DNA of 64,000 nt from Eledone cirrhosa (Eukaryota). The notes below the pieces were generated by a model. The model ran no database searches and was not told the origin of the DNA. It saw nothing but the letters and a program-made list of their open reading frames with translations. The stretch lies in contig OZ024747.1 in NCBI GenBank assembly GCA_964016885.1, positions 23,932,001 to 23,996,000 on the forward strand, given 5' to 3'. Positions 1-24,388 of the stretch are shown in pieces (the stretch's first letter is position 1; the number at the start of each line of letters is the position of its first letter). The translations under genes were made by a program, and so were the position numbers.

Positions 1-825
1 GCTGGATGTGTAACAGTAATATACGTGAACGGCAAAGCATAAACGAACTAAGGAAAAAATTAGAAATAAGAGGGATCAGATGTTGTTTACTCGAGAGAAG
101 GCTACGTTGGTACGGTCACGTGATGCGCATGAAAGACGACAGCTGTATAACAAAGTGCAGGGCAATAAAGATAGACGGTAGCCACGGAGTAGGCAGACCC
201 AGAAAAACATGGGACGAGCTGATAAATTCCGACCTCACACGCTTACACCTCTCCAAGACAATGTCACTGGACCGAGACCTTTGGCGGTACTCAGTAATAG
301 AGAAGACCCGCCTTACCTAAATACAAAGTAAAAACCTACTACAGTCAGTAGGCATCTCTATCAAAACACACCCCCGTCCCACCACCCTCCACCCCACCCA
401 CACCGCCCCTTTCAATGTAAAGTTATGTTGGTCCCACAACATCCAGGCCGAAACAAATGAGATCGTGTAGGTGTCACGACAAAAAACACACAGTCCACGC
501 TGTAAATGTGGCCGTGTAGGCAACACGGTAAAAACCTCCCAGCCCCACACTGTAAATGTGGTTGGTGTTAGGAAGGGCATCCAGCTGTAGAAAACCCGCC
601 AGACAGTCCACGCTGTAATGTGGCCGTGTAGGCAACATGGTAAAAACCTCCCAGCCCCACACTGTAAATGTGGTTGGTGTTAGGAAGGGCATCCAACTGT
701 AGAAAACCCGCCAGACAGTCCTATGCGAGCAAGACAACCACTCTTGCCTCAAGTGGGAAAACCCCCGTCCAAACCCATGCAAGCGTGGAACACGGACGCT
801 AAACCTGATGATGATGATGATGATG

Positions 826-826
<1 letters not shown>
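1..826 (+). mobile_element. RTE-clade LINE, 3' end (end of ORF2, 3' UTR with ~119-bp internal duplication, (GAT)n tail)
   Basis: ORF 6-320 has the RTE C-terminal motifs RRLRWYGHVMRM and GRPRKTW..DL. The UTR block ACTGTAAATGTGGTTGGTGTTAGGAAGGGCATCCA occurs twice (~549 and ~661). Ends in (GAT)n at ~806-826. Homologous to 5626-6262. Confidence 0.9.
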
Positions 827-904
<78 letters not shown>

Positions 905-933
905 CATATATATATACATATATATATATACAC

Positions 934-966
<33 letters not shown>

Positions 967-987
967 CACATATATATATATATACAC

Positions 988-1084
<97 letters not shown>

Positions 1085-1175
1085 AATATACATATATATA
1101 TATATATACACATATATATATATATATACACATATATATATAAATATATATATATACATATATATATATATACAC

Positions 1176-1260
<85 letters not shown>

Positions 1261-1300
1261 CACATATATATATATATATACATATATATATACACATACA
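827..1300. repeat. (TA)n/(TATACA)n microsatellite
   Basis: Direct reading. Confidence 0.98.
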
Positions 1301-4300
1301 TACTCTTTTACTCTTTTACCTGTTTCAGCCATCCGGCTGAGGCCATGCTGGGGCACCGCCCTTGTTGCTACACATTTTATCTCCAGCCTGTATAGGTTGG
1401 CCACTGGTGTAGGAGGGAGTTTGTTGCTGCTGCCCTTAGGTTTCCCTCGTGTCTTGCTGTGGGCTCATCCGGGATCCTGGATAACAAGGTGTCGAGATGT
1501 TTCTTAAAGACATCCACCTCCACGTCATGCAAGTCTCGCAGATGCCTCGGCAGCCTGTTGAAGAGTTGAGGGCCCTTGAATCCCAGGCTATTGCAATACC
1601 TGCTCCTTATTCTAGATGTGGAAGACGGGACCTTTGGCACCACACAGTGACGTCCTGTTCAACGGTTGGTCCAGCTCCCAATGCCAAAGTTTGGTGCTAG
1701 TCCCTCCAGGATTTTCCACATGTAGATCACTGCGTATCACTCCCGTCTTCGCTCCAAGGAGTAGAGGTTCAGTTCCTTCAGCCTCTCCCAGTAGCTTGTC
1801 TCCCTCATCTTGGCAATCCTCTTGGTGTAGCTTCGCTGGATTGCCTCAAGCTCTGTGGTTAGTTTGACACTATGGGGTGACCACAGCTGGGAGCAGTAGT
1901 CCAGGCGGCTTAGGACAAAAGTCCTCCACAGTGTCAACATGGTGTCTCGATCTCTTGTAAGGAAAGTCCTCAAGATCCAGCCAGCGAATCGTCTACATGC
2001 TGTCGCCACCTTCATGATGTGTGAAGAAAAAGATGCATCATCGCTCATGTCTATGCCCAGGTCTCGTATCGATTTTGACATGGGGATATCGGTCCCTCCT
2101 GGTCCTGTGTAGCTGTGTTCCGCTATATTTGTGTTTGTGTTTGCAGGTTTGTATTGTAGGGCTTGGAATTTGCCAGCATTAAACTGCATGTTGTTTTCTT
2201 CCGCCCATCTGTATATGGCATCCAGATCCTGCTGTAAGAGGGCAGCGTCAGCCGGGTTTTTGATTGCCTGTGCTACCTTAGTGTCATCAGCATAGCTAGT
2301 GAGGGATGTTGTTGCATGTACCACAGAGGGCATGTCCGAGAGAGCCACCAAAAACAGTAGTGGTCCCAGGACTGTCCCCTGAGGCACCCCACTTGTTATC
2401 GGTGTTTCCCTCGAGAGGGCCCCATTTGCTGCGACTGCCTGGCTTCTGTCCCTCAGGAAGCCATGCAGCCACTCACCTACTTTTCCAGTTATGCCGAGTC
2501 CGTGTAGTTTGTGACATATCATTCCGTGGTCGACCTTGTCAAAGGCCTTCGCAAAGTCAAGATATATCACGTCTACATGTGAGCTGTCTAGTAGCTGTCT
2601 CAGTACCCAGTCGTAGTGATGTAGCAGCTGTGTAAGGCAGCTTCTTCCTGGGCGGAAGCCATGTTGCGTGCTAGTCAGGCGGTCATTTTCTTCGAGGAAA
2701 GTGATTAGTTTCTTTCTGACGACTCGCTCCATGACCTTACTGATATGTGACGTCAGGGAGACTGGCCTATAGTTCTTGGCCTCCGCTCTACTACCTCCTT
2801 TATGGATAGGGCATATTGTGCCTTCTTTCAGCTCCCTGGGTAGTACACCGCTAGCCAAGGAGCTTCTGAAGAGCATCTTCAGTGGAGTTGCTAAGGCCCG
2901 CTTACATATTTTTAGGAGAACTGCTGGGAATCCATCAGGTCCAGCAGCCGAGTCTGTTCTAATTTCATCAATGGCATACACCACATCCTCTTCCGTTATG
3001 TCTATGTGGTTGATGGTTGCCATTTCTTGATGTAGTGTTGTGGCATCAAAGAACTCCTCTGGCTTCGTTATTTGCATGTGCCTCAGTGGACAAGTGAAGA
3101 CACTTTTGTACTGTTCGTTCAGTATTTCACATATCTCTTGGGGATTTTCGGTTAATGAACCGTCCGTGTGGAAGAGTGGTCCAATCTTGCAGTGTACTGA
3201 GGCAGTTTCTTTTGCAAATTTAAAGAAGGCCTTAGGGTTTGTTTTAATGTTTTCTATGGCCCTGTTCTCTTTCCTTGCCCTCTCATTCTCATGTGAAAGC
3301 TTGAGTGCAATCTCGGTGTCAAGTAGTGCACGTTTCAAATAGGATTCCTTCTTGTTTTGGTTTTGTTGACTATTCAACTGGTTTGAGAGTTTAGTTCTAC
3401 GTCTCATAAAGATTTTCCTATCTCTGGGAATAAGATTTTTGTGTCTGTTTGCCTCTTTCTCCGGGACACACTTTTTGCATATGGTGTGTATCGTTGTCAT
3501 GAAGTGTTGAAATTGTGTGTTAGTGTCTTGTGTGGCGATGTTTGCACTCCATGTTTGCTTCCGGATTTCACTCTTAATCTTCTTCCAGTCAGCCCCGTAG
3601 AAGTTAAGGCTGGATAGCGTCCCGGAGCTTCTTGGTGGTTTTGTCTCTGTTGGTTCTCTTGGACCACATATCATTAGCTCTACCAAGTTATGATCCGAGA
3701 GAATTGTTGGTGTCACCTTTACATTGTGGATGAGCACTTCGTTGTTTGTAAAACAGAGGTCCAGGACATTTTCGCCTCTTGTTGGGAGGAGTATTGCTTG
3801 CTCCATGAACAGCCTGTGTGTGAGGGCCAGCAGGGATTCCGTCTGTCTCTGTTCTATTGACGTCATTCCAGGGAGGAGGTGGCCCTCAGGCCATTTGACC
3901 TTTGGTAGGTTGAAGTCTCCCAGCAGTAGGATGTTGAGACCCTGGTCCAGTTTGTCAAGGACCTCTTCTATCCTACTTAGGCTATCCTCAAATTTACCCT
4001 CATGACTGGGGGCATCGGGCGGCCGATATGTGACACATATTACCGTCTGTAGTTGCTTCATATGTATTATCAGTGTGTCACAGACTGAGTTTGAATGTGT
4101 CAACAGTACAATTGGTGTGATATCTTCACGGATATACAGAGCAACCCCACCATGAGTTCTCTCCTTCCTGTCCGAACGAAATACAGTATATTTCGGTATA
4201 TGTATTTCTGCATCTGCTATACTGCTTGTCAGGTGCGTTTCGGTTAGTGCCATGCATAGTGCTTGATTGCTTATGGCTAAGTCTCCCAGGTAGGAAATTT

Positions 4301-4418
4301 TACTCATGTTGCTGAGTTTCACCAGGCCCCTGACATTCAGCAGCAGCACTGGTGTGACTTTTGGGGTGCCAGTAATGGCTGTCGGTATGACACCTGGTCT
4401 GGTGTCAGCGGCGGCCAC
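1301..4418 (-). mobile_element. CR1/L2-group LINE, ORF2 (APE endonuclease + reverse transcriptase) and 3' end; no ORF1
   Basis: ORF 1737-4418 has APE motifs (LLNVRG, ALTETHL, GGVALY, YRPP, LLGDFN, LDLCF, SDHNLV) and RT motifs (NYRPVSLTS, QHGFR, YLDFAKAFD, GVPQGTVLGP, YADD). There is a premature stop after SLERRRE, with the C-terminus continuing (ORF 1377-1643). The 3' end reads GGCGGTGCCCCAGCATGGCC..GAAACAGG(TAAAAGAG)2 on the minus strand. Confidence 0.92.
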
Positions 4419-4432
4419 TCTATATATATATG

Positions 4433-4477
<45 letters not shown>

Positions 4478-6262
4478 CATTGTCAACTGCTACAAAGGTA
4501 AAGGCGATGCACTAGATAGAGGAAACTATAGAGGTATAAAGTTGATGGACCAGGTCATGAAAGTAACAGAAAGAGTTATAGCACAGCTGATTAGGGACCG
4601 GGTGAATATAGACGAGATGCAATTTGGGTTTGTACCAGGGAAAGGCACCACTGATGCGCTCTTCCTTGTGAGGCAATTACAGGAAAAGTACCTAGCTAAA
4701 AGTAAGCCACTCTACTTGGCATTTGTCGACCTTGAGAAAGCCTTTGACAGAGTTCCACGTGCAGTAATCTGGTGGGCTCTTAGAAAACTAGGAGTAGATG
4801 AATGGCTTGTGAAAGCGGTACAAGCCATGTATAGGGGAGCAGTCAGCAAAGTTAGGATTGGCAATGAGTATAGCGAGGAATTTAGCGTACAGGTTGGGGT
4901 CCACCAGGGCTCTGTTCTTAGCCCTCTCCTGTTCATCATAGTCCTGCAGGCAATAACGGAGGAGTTTAAGACCGGATGCCCATGGGAACTCCTGTATGCT
5001 GATGACCTCGCACTCATAGCTGAATCTATGGTAGAACTAGAGAATAAATTCCAAACCTGGAAGCAGGGACTAGAGAGAAAGGGCCTCAAAGTCAACATGA
5101 CAAAGACTAAGGTCCTTATAAGTAGACGAGAAAACAGAACCCAGATCCCCTCAGGGAAATGGCCTTGCTCAGTATGTAGGAAAGGTGTAGGTAGGAACTC
5201 CATTCTTTGCCCCAAATGCAAACAATGGGTACACAAGAGATGTAGCGGGATCTCAGGAAGCTTAATTAAGAATGTAGGATTCACATGCAGCAGCTGTGCT
5301 GAAACAGCAAGCAAACAGCCACAGGAAACAAGTACCACCAATCTCTGGGAGGGCCCTGTAGAAACAGTAGACAGCTTCTGCTACCTAGGTGACCGAATTA
5401 GCAACGGAGGTGGGTGCTCAGAAAGTACAATAACTAGGGTAAGAACGGGATGGAAGAAGTTTAGGGAACTACTACCACTGCTAGCTGCAAAAGGCTTCTC
5501 CCTCAGAATGAAAGGCAGACTGTATGATGCGTGTATCCGAACAGCGATGTTGCATGGTAGTGAGACCTGGGCGCTGAAGGTGGAAGACTTACGTAGATTA
5601 GAGAGAAACGAAGCCTGCATGCTCCGATGGATGTGTAACAGTAATATACGTGAACGACAAAGCATAAATGAATTGAGAGAGAGACTGAGCATAAGAGGAA
5701 TCAAATGCTGCGTGCAGGAGAGGCGGTTACGCTGGTATGGACATGTGATGCGTATGAAGGATGACAGCTGCATAAAAAGGTGCAGAGCACTAGAAGTTGA
5801 TGGAAACCGCGGAGTGGGGAGACCCAAGATGACTTGGGATGAGGTGATAAAAGCCGACCTTACCCAACTACACCTCTCAAAGTCAATGACACACGACCGT
5901 GACTTCTGGCGTCACGCAGTAATACAGGGTACCCGACCTCCCATGGGTACATGCTGAAGCATATAAACAATATGCCCCCCCCCCCCCCACCCCACCGCAA
6001 GGTGGTCGTGGAGGTGCCACGGCAAAAAGCACCCAGCCCACACTGTAAAGTGGACGTGTAGGCGCCACGAAAAAGCACCCAGCACTCACTGTAAATGAGG
6101 TTGGTGTTAGGAAGGGCATCCAGCTGTAGAAATCAAGCCAGATCAGTTCCTGTATGAGCAAGGCATGGTCAGCCGACCAGACACTGCCCACAACAGGACA
6201 ACCCGTCTAACCCATGCTAGCGTGGAAGAACGGACGTAAAACGGTGATGATGATGATGATGA
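4478..6262 (+). mobile_element. RTE-clade LINE, 5'-truncated; RT region with an embedded PHD-type Cys/His finger; (GAT)n tail
   Basis: Starts at IVNCYKGKGDALDRGNYRGIKL right after (TA)n. ORF 4542-5957 has QFGF, FVDLEKAFDRV, GVHQGSVLSP, LLYADD and RLRWYGHV. Tail GATGATGAT at ~6245-6262. Confidence 0.93.
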
Positions 6263-14405
<8,143 letters not shown>

Positions 14406-17400
14406 AACTTTGAAACTTTGAAATGTTTTGGCCAGTATTGGCCCAGGCCATGTCTAACTTAATAGCACCACCTGGCGAAGTCTTTCAATTCAGGATTTGG
14501 GCACCATGGCCCATTCGAGAAGAGAATTACTGTTTGCGGAGACATATCCGGGTGTGGGTGGTTTGTCCGGATTACTTGGAGGAATTTGTCCAAAGACTTC
14601 TTGAATCTTGTGTGGTCAGTTTCTGTTTTGACGTGTCCTGGTGTGATGTTGAAGAGAGCAGGGCCGATTGAGGTGAAATAATTGTGCCGTATTGTTGTTA
14701 TGAGTTGCGATTTAGATTTTTGAATGGGACGGATAGCACGGGGCCCAAGCCTTGGGTGTATCTTGAAGGCGATGCCAACATCATTTGGGCAGTGATGATG
14801 GAACATTTTCCACATCATGCAGATAATATAACGCTCACGGCGACGTTGGAGTGAGTAAAGTTTCAGGTTTTCCAATCGACCCAGTAGTCAAGGTCTGACA
14901 TGCCATCTATCTTTTTCGTGATTGCCCTTTGAGGAGCTTCAAGTTTCATGATACTTTGTTTCGTGTGGGGAGACCACAGTGGACAACAGTATTCAAGGTG
15001 TGGTCGGGCGAAAGTAGAGAAGAGAAGGATAATGGTGCGGGAATCTCTCGACTGGAAGGTTCTGAGGATCCAGGAACACATTCTGCGGGCCATGTCAACT
15101 TTGCTGCTTATATGCGTGGTCCAGCTTATGTTGCTGTCCACGGTTACTCCCAAGTCTCTGATGTTGTTAGATGCCACGAGAGTTTCCCCGGAGGGAAGGG
15201 AGTACGGGAGTTTCAGAGCATCCTCTTTTCCAAAGTGGATCAGTTCGAATTTGTCTTCGTTCAGTAACATGTTGTTCTTTTCTGCCCATTGGGTAACAGC
15301 CAGTAGGTCTGACTGAAGGCTTATCCGGTCATCCACGCCATTGATGACCTTTTGGAGCTTGGAATCATCAGCGAAAATTTTAATGTTGCTGTGTTTGATG
15401 ATGTCAGTGATGTCATTAATATAGATGATGAAGAGAAGTGGGCCCAACACAGTGCCTTGTGGGACTCCACTACTGACTTTGGCTGGGCTTGATTTGACTC
15501 CCTCAACTACAACATGTTGGGTTCTGTTTGACAGGAAGCTCTTGATCCACTGCAGCAGCTTTCCAGTGACACCAATATTGGACAGCTTTCTCAGTAGAAT
15601 GTTATGATCAACCCTGTCAAAGGCCTTGCTGAAATCAAGGTAGATAACATCAGTGTTGGAACCCTCTCCCAAGGCTCTCAAAATGTCATCAAAGTGATGC
15701 AGTAGTTGCGTCAGGCAATCCCTTCCATTACGGAATCCATGCTGGTTGGAGTTCAGCATATTGTTACTCTCAAGGAAGTGGGTCATTCGCGATCTCACCA
15801 CTCGCTCAAATACCTTAATGATATGAGAGGTGAGTGAGATTGGACGGTAATTCACGGCAAGGGATTTGTTTCTCTTTTGAAAACAGGGACAACAGACTGG
15901 GATAGAAGGTTTTCTGGCACATATCCAGCATCCAGTGAGTTCCGCCACAGATTGGCAAGAGGAGAAGCAAGTTGGTGTTGACACGCCTTCAAGACACAAG
16001 CAGGGAACCTATCGGGACCTACTGCTGAATTATGTTTGATTTCCTTTATTGCCGCCAAGACATCAGGGGCGCCAAACGTTATGTCCGATAAGGTGTAATG
16101 GGGAGTAACATCGCCGATACAGCCCAGATCGGCCATATCAGGATTGCTGAAAACAGAGCAGTATTGTTTCTGCAGTATCTCACCCATGGTTTTAGCATTG
16201 TCTTGAAGAGTGCCATTTTCATCAATTAGAGGGCCAACAGTAGAGCCAGTGATTTTGTGTTTTTTTGCAAATGAAAAGAACACTTTGGGATTGAGTTTGA
16301 TCTTCTCAATGGCCCAGGCCTCTTCAGCTCTTCTCTGATGTTGATGAGGGACATTATGTTGTTTTGGAGGTTATGTTTTTTAATCTCTAGTGATGAAATG
16401 GCAGTCAAGTTGATGTGTTGCTGCTGACAGTATTTCAGCTTGTTGATTTTTTGTTCGTTCTCTTAATTTTCTGATGAGTGTTTTTCTATTTCTAGGGATT
16501 CTGCTCTTAGATTTGTTTATAGTTCTTAATGGGGTGTGTTTAGCACATATGTTTGTAACAGTGTCCACAAAAGTCTGCCAGGACTTTTTGATGTTAGTGG
16601 GTGTATGAGTGTGCGTGAAGGACCAGTCGACATGTGCAAGATCATGACTGATCGCTTCCCAGTTTGCATTGTGGAAATCCATAGCGTCAAACGGATGGAC
16701 AGGAGAAATGACATTGGGTTTGTATATTGGACGGTGGAATCTCAGATCACAGAGAACCATGTCATGATCAGAGAGTAGAGTTTTCTCCACTGCAATATTG
16801 TGGATATTGTCAGTGTGATTGCTGAAAATTAAGTCTAGGACGTTTTTGTGGCACCTCGTTGGTTCGAGCACTAGTTGGGATAGGAAGAAATCATCCATGA
16901 AGTCAAGAAGCGATTCCACAGCTTCCCTGTCAGAGGTTGAGGCAGAAGAACCTGGTGGCAGGGTGTTTGTGGACCAGTCAACTCCGGGGAGGTTGAAGTC
17001 CCCCATCATTAAGATGTTGTCAGGGTGACACTCTTGGATGAAACACTTTATGCTGTTGAGGCATTCCTTGAAGCATGGTACAGGCGTTTGGGGTGGCCTA
17101 TAGAGCCCAACTACTAATAGGTTGTTGGTTTGACTGAATACAGTGACTGCCTCACAGTATCCATTAGTGAATATGTTCATAGCCTCTGTTGAGAAAGAAT
17201 TATGGACATAAATGGCAGTTCCGCCCTTTCTTCTGCCAGCGCGATCAGCACGGATGGCTTTGAAATTTTTCACTTTCACCTCGGCTTCCAAGTGGAGGTT
17301 ACTGAGATGGGTTTCAGTGAGGACGAAGAAAGGGATGTGGTTTGGATGGACATCAATCCAGTCCTCCAGGAATTTGATCTTCCATTTTTGAGTATTGGTG

Positions 17401-17465
17401 GAAGGGCTGATGCCTTGGGCGTTAAGCAAAAATGTAGAGGCGAGAGTGGATGGTTTTAATTGTTT
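14406..17465 (-). mobile_element. CR1/L2-group LINE, frameshifted ORF2 (APE + RT) and 3' end; no ORF1
   Basis: Split ORFs: 16380-17639 (LLNAQG, LTETHL, GGTAIY, YRPP, MGDFN, SDHDMV), 15852-16283, 14863-15999 (NYRPISLTS, YLDFSKAFD, GVPQG, FADD) and 14459-14875 (SLQRRRERY). Minus-strand 3' tail (TTTCAAAG)2. Confidence 0.92.
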
Positions 17466-17557
17466 ATGCATATACATATATATACACATATATATATATA
17501 TACATATACATATATACATATATATATACATATATACATATATACATATATATATAC

Positions 17558-17604
<47 letters not shown>

Positions 17605-17650
17605 CATATACACATATATATACATATATATATACACATATATATATATA

Positions 17651-17823
17651 CACACTGTAAATGTGGTTGGTGTTAGGAAGGGCATCCAACTGTAGAAAAC
17701 CTGCCAGACAGTCCTATGCGAGCAAGACAATCACTCTTGCCTCAAGTGGGACTACCCCCGTCCAAACCCATGCAAGCGTGGAACACGGACGTTAAACGTT
17801 GATGATGATGATGATGATGATGA
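17651..17823 (+). mobile_element. Short 3'-end copy of the RTE element at 1-826
   Basis: Near-identical to ~657-826 (CACACTGTAAATGTGG...GGAACACGGACGTTAAACGTT(GAT)n). Flanked by (TA)n on both sides. Confidence 0.88.
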
Positions 17824-19767
<1,944 letters not shown>

Positions 19768-19967
19768 NNNNNNNNNNNNNNNNNNNNNNNNNNNNNNNNN
19801 NNNNNNNNNNNNNNNNNNNNNNNNNNNNNNNNNNNNNNNNNNNNNNNNNNNNNNNNNNNNNNNNNNNNNNNNNNNNNNNNNNNNNNNNNNNNNNNNNNNN
19901 NNNNNNNNNNNNNNNNNNNNNNNNNNNNNNNNNNNNNNNNNNNNNNNNNNNNNNNNNNNNNNNNNNN
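19768..19967. other. Assembly gap (200 N)
   Basis: Run of N. Confidence 1.
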
Positions 19968-20181
19968 CATCTATGAAAAGAATATAAATTAATTTAATTG
20001 ATGGGTATATTTATATTGATAAAATTATACTAATACATATAGATATGATAAATAAGAGTTAGATGCAGTTGAAAATTGCTGTTAAAGATGAGGGGAAATT
20101 AAAATAAAATAAAAATAATATATATATATATATATATACTTATACATATATATATATATATATATACATATATATACACAT

Positions 20182-20223
<42 letters not shown>

Positions 20224-20224
20224 T

Positions 20225-20263
<39 letters not shown>

Positions 20264-20779
20264 GTATACACATACACACATATATATATATATATATACC
20301 TATATATACACATATATATATATATATATATACATAGATATATACATGCATATATACATACATACACATATATATACACACACATATACACTTATATATA
20401 TACATATAATTATTGGGGGGGGGGATTAAATTTATTAGTGAGAAATAGTGAATATATATAGTTTTCAAGGAACATAGAGTCATAACCTGAAGTTAAAGCA
20501 TTATATATGTTTACTTAATGGTATCAGTTTTAGGAAAAGAAATTTTTAAGAAGGAAAGCAAAATTATGTAGTTCATCAGTAGTAGAATATTAATTATAGG
20601 TTAACTAAATTAAAAATAGTTTATATATTAATTTCTAAAGTGTATATTAATTATTAAAACAGAATTATGTAGTTCATCAGTAGTAGAATATTAATTATAG
20701 GTTAACTAAATTAAAAATAATTTATAAATTAATTTCTAAAGTGTATATTAATTAGGTTTATAATATTTAAAGGTTTTTC

Positions 20780-21520
20780 TCAGTTTATGATTACACGATA
20801 TTATTAATTCCTGTCGCTTATTTAATAGGATATCCTTAGATTTCATTATTTCAAAAAGTTCTTGGGAACATAATGTACATTCATTTCTACTATTTTGATA
20901 AGGGGTGGCCCTTTTGAGCACACTCCAGGTCAGGTCATATTCTATATTCCTCTTTCTATAACTATTTATTATTTCAGCTAGAGATGTTGTATTAGCTAGT
21001 GCGGCATTTTTAAAACTATGTTTGTGGGTATTAAATCTTACCTTAAATTTGTTAGAGGTAGCTCCTATATATGAATAAATTGAGTCCTTAGTGTTAACTT
21101 TACATTTATATACTATGTTATTAACAAGGCAATTTCCTTTTAATGGACAATTTGCCTTTTCGTGAATCCTGTATCTGAGGAGATATTATGGTTAGTTTGA
21201 TGTACTGGTGGTATACTCATGGTTTTTTTTACATTTATATGCATTATAGGCACTTATATTTTGTTTTATGTTTTTGGTTGTTGAGTAGGAGAATTTAACC
21301 GTTGATCTATTTAAGATTTGATGGTATTTGTGGTTTGGCGGGAAGTTTTTCTCTAGGATATTAAAGAATTTTTTAGGTATATTATCCTTAATTTGTAAAT
21401 TAAATGGAGCATTGTACCAAGTAACTCGTCTATTACGGTTTCGATGTTGTTTATTGTTTTTATAGGATGCATCCTGATGTTTATTAAGAGAATTATTGTT
21501 AATGACCTCACCACACACAT
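20780..21520 (-). mobile_element. Penelope-like element remnant (post-RT linker + GIY-YIG endonuclease), degenerate
   Basis: Minus-strand translation RNRRVTWYNAPF..FFNILEKNFPPNHKYHQILNRSTVKFSYS, then CPLKGNCLVNNIVYKC..YSYIGATSNKFKVRFNTHKHSF..TWSVL..CTLCSQE..LLNKRQEL. These match the layout of PLE linker and GIY-YIG regions. Confidence 0.82.
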
Positions 21521-21659
21521 TTTTAGTTAGATTTATTGATTTAGGTGTTTTAGCTTGTTTATTAGGAGTTTTATTATTAACATTTATTAGAGTTGTAGGA
21601 TGAGTAGTTTTTTGAGAGTTACTATACTGTATATTAGAAGAGTTAGAGAAATTTGGTTA

Positions 21660-23165
21660 TGGAGAAGGCCTTTCGTCATCAGGAAGTCTATTCTCAGCTA
21701 AGTTCCCAGGCAATGCGTGGACACAGGGAACTTATACAAAAATAATTCAGTGGATGGAAATAAGCAAGCGTGGACTAAATTCCAAGACATTGAAAAAATC
21801 ACTGCCTACTTGGTCGGTGGCAAATTCAAAAGAATCAATCACGTGACATTGAGGTTAATCAGTGAGGAGTGGGGTGTTAAGAAGACAGTAGCCGAACTAT
21901 TACTATGAACTATAGTAGTAGTTTTGGCAAATTTTTGCTCAACAAAATAATTTGGAGTTAATTATAAAGAATTAGTATATCTACCAACATATATACACAG
22001 ATGCATTCCTATGCTAGCAAATATATAGGTTTTGTCTTAGTAACTTTGTGGTTCAATGCAAGGGGATGCAGAACAATTATATGAAAGACGTAAAATAAGA
22101 AAATTATAAAAATTAACTTACTTACTAAAATTTCACTCCAACTAATTAGTTTCTGAAAAGGAATAAACATGGTTTCCGAATGGAACACATGGAGAAGGCC
22201 TTTCGTCATCAGGAAGTCTATTCTCAGTTAAATCCCCAGGCAATGCGTGGACACTGGGAACTTATACAAAAATAATTCAGTGGATGGAAAAAAGCAAGCG
22301 TGGACTAAATTCCAAGACATTGAAAAAATCACTGCCTACTTGGTCGGTAGCAAATTCAAAAGAATCAATCAGGTGACATCGAGGTTAATCAGTGAGGAGT
22401 GGGGTGTTAAGAAGACAGTAGCCGAACTATTACTATGAACTATAGTAGCAGTTTTGGCAAATTTTTGCTGAACAAAATAATTTGGAGATAATTATAAAGA
22501 AATAGTATATCAAGGAAAGCCTTTTCCATGTGTTCCATTCGGAAACCATGTTTATTCCCTTTCAGAAACAAATTAGTTGGAGTGAAATTTTAGTAAGTAA
22601 GTTAATTTTTATAATTTTCTTATTTTACGTCTTTCATATAATTGTTCTGCATCCCCTTGCATTGAACCACAAAGTTACTAAGACAAAACCTATATATTTG
22701 CTAGCATAGGTATGCATCTGTATATATATGTTGGTAGATATACTAATTCTTTATAATTATCTCCAAATTATTTTGTTGAGCAAAAATTTGCCAAAACTGC
22801 TACTATAGTTCATAGTAATAGTTCGGCTACTGTCTTCTTAACACCCCACTCCTCACTGATTAACCTCAATGTCACGTGATTGATTCTTTTGAATTTGCCA
22901 CCGACCAAGTAGGCAGTGATTATTTTTCAATGTCTTGGAATTTAGTCCACGCTTGCTTTTTTCCATCCACTGAATTATTTTTGTATAAGTTCCCTGTGTC
23001 CACGCATTGCCTGGGAATTTAGCTGAGAATAGACTTCCTGATGACGAAAGGCCTTCTCCATGTGTTCCATTCGGAAACCATGTTTATTCCCTTTCAGAAA
23101 CTAATTAGTTGGAGTGAAATTTTAGTAAGTTAATTTTTATAATTTTCTTATTTTACGTCTTTCAT
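21660..23165. repeat. ~530-bp unit in direct tandem (21660-22190, 22191-22510) then inverted (22513-23165); pseudo-LTR/retrozyme-like
   Basis: GGAGAAGGCCTTTCGTCATCAGGAAGTC starts at ~21661 and 22191. The reverse complement of the whole unit starts at ~22513. Adjacent to the PLE remnant. Confidence 0.85.
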
Positions 23166-23932
23166 ATATTTATATATATATATATTTATACATATATATA
23201 TATTTATACATATATATATATATATTTATACATATATATATATATATTTATTCCTATATATATATTTATATATATATATTTATACATATATATATATTTA
23301 TATATATATATTTATACATATATATATATTTATATATATATATATTTATACATATATATATATTTATATATATATATATTTATACATATATATATATTTA
23401 TATATATATATTTATATATATATATTTATACATATATATATATTTATATATATATATTTATACATATATATATATATATTTATATATATATATATTTATA
23501 CATATATATATATTTATATATATATATATTTATACATATATATATATATATAATTATATATATATATTTATACATATATATATATATAATTATATATATA
23601 TATTTATACATATATATATATATAATTATATATATATATTTATACATATATATATATATTTATATATTTATATATTTATACATATATATATATATAATTA
23701 TATATATATATTTATACATATATATATATAATTATATATATATATTTATACATATATATATATAATTATATATATATATTTATACATATATATATATAAT
23801 TATATATATATATTTATACATATATATATATATTTATATATATATTTATACATATATATATATATATTTATATATATATTTATACATACATATATATATA
23901 TATATATATTTATATATATTTATATATATATA

Positions 23933-23974
<42 letters not shown>

Positions 23975-23982
23975 CATATATA

Positions 23983-24031
<49 letters not shown>

Positions 24032-24339
24032 ATTTATACATATATATATTTATATATATATATATTTATATATATATATATATATTTATACATATATATA
24101 TATATAAATATATATATATATAAATATATATATGTATAAATATATATATATATAAATTTTTATATATATATAAATATATATATATATAAATATATATATG
24201 TATAAATATATATATATATAAATTTTTATATATATATAAATATATATATATATAAATATATATATGTATAAATATATATATATATAAATGTTTATATATA
24301 TATAAATATATATATATATAAATATATATATATATAAAT

Positions 24340-24388
<49 letters not shown>

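Noticed and set aside
21717-22438. Duplicated 63-aa ORFs (MDTGNLYK..)
   Set aside because: GTG-initiated ORFs inside the 530-bp repeat unit, with no recognisable domain.
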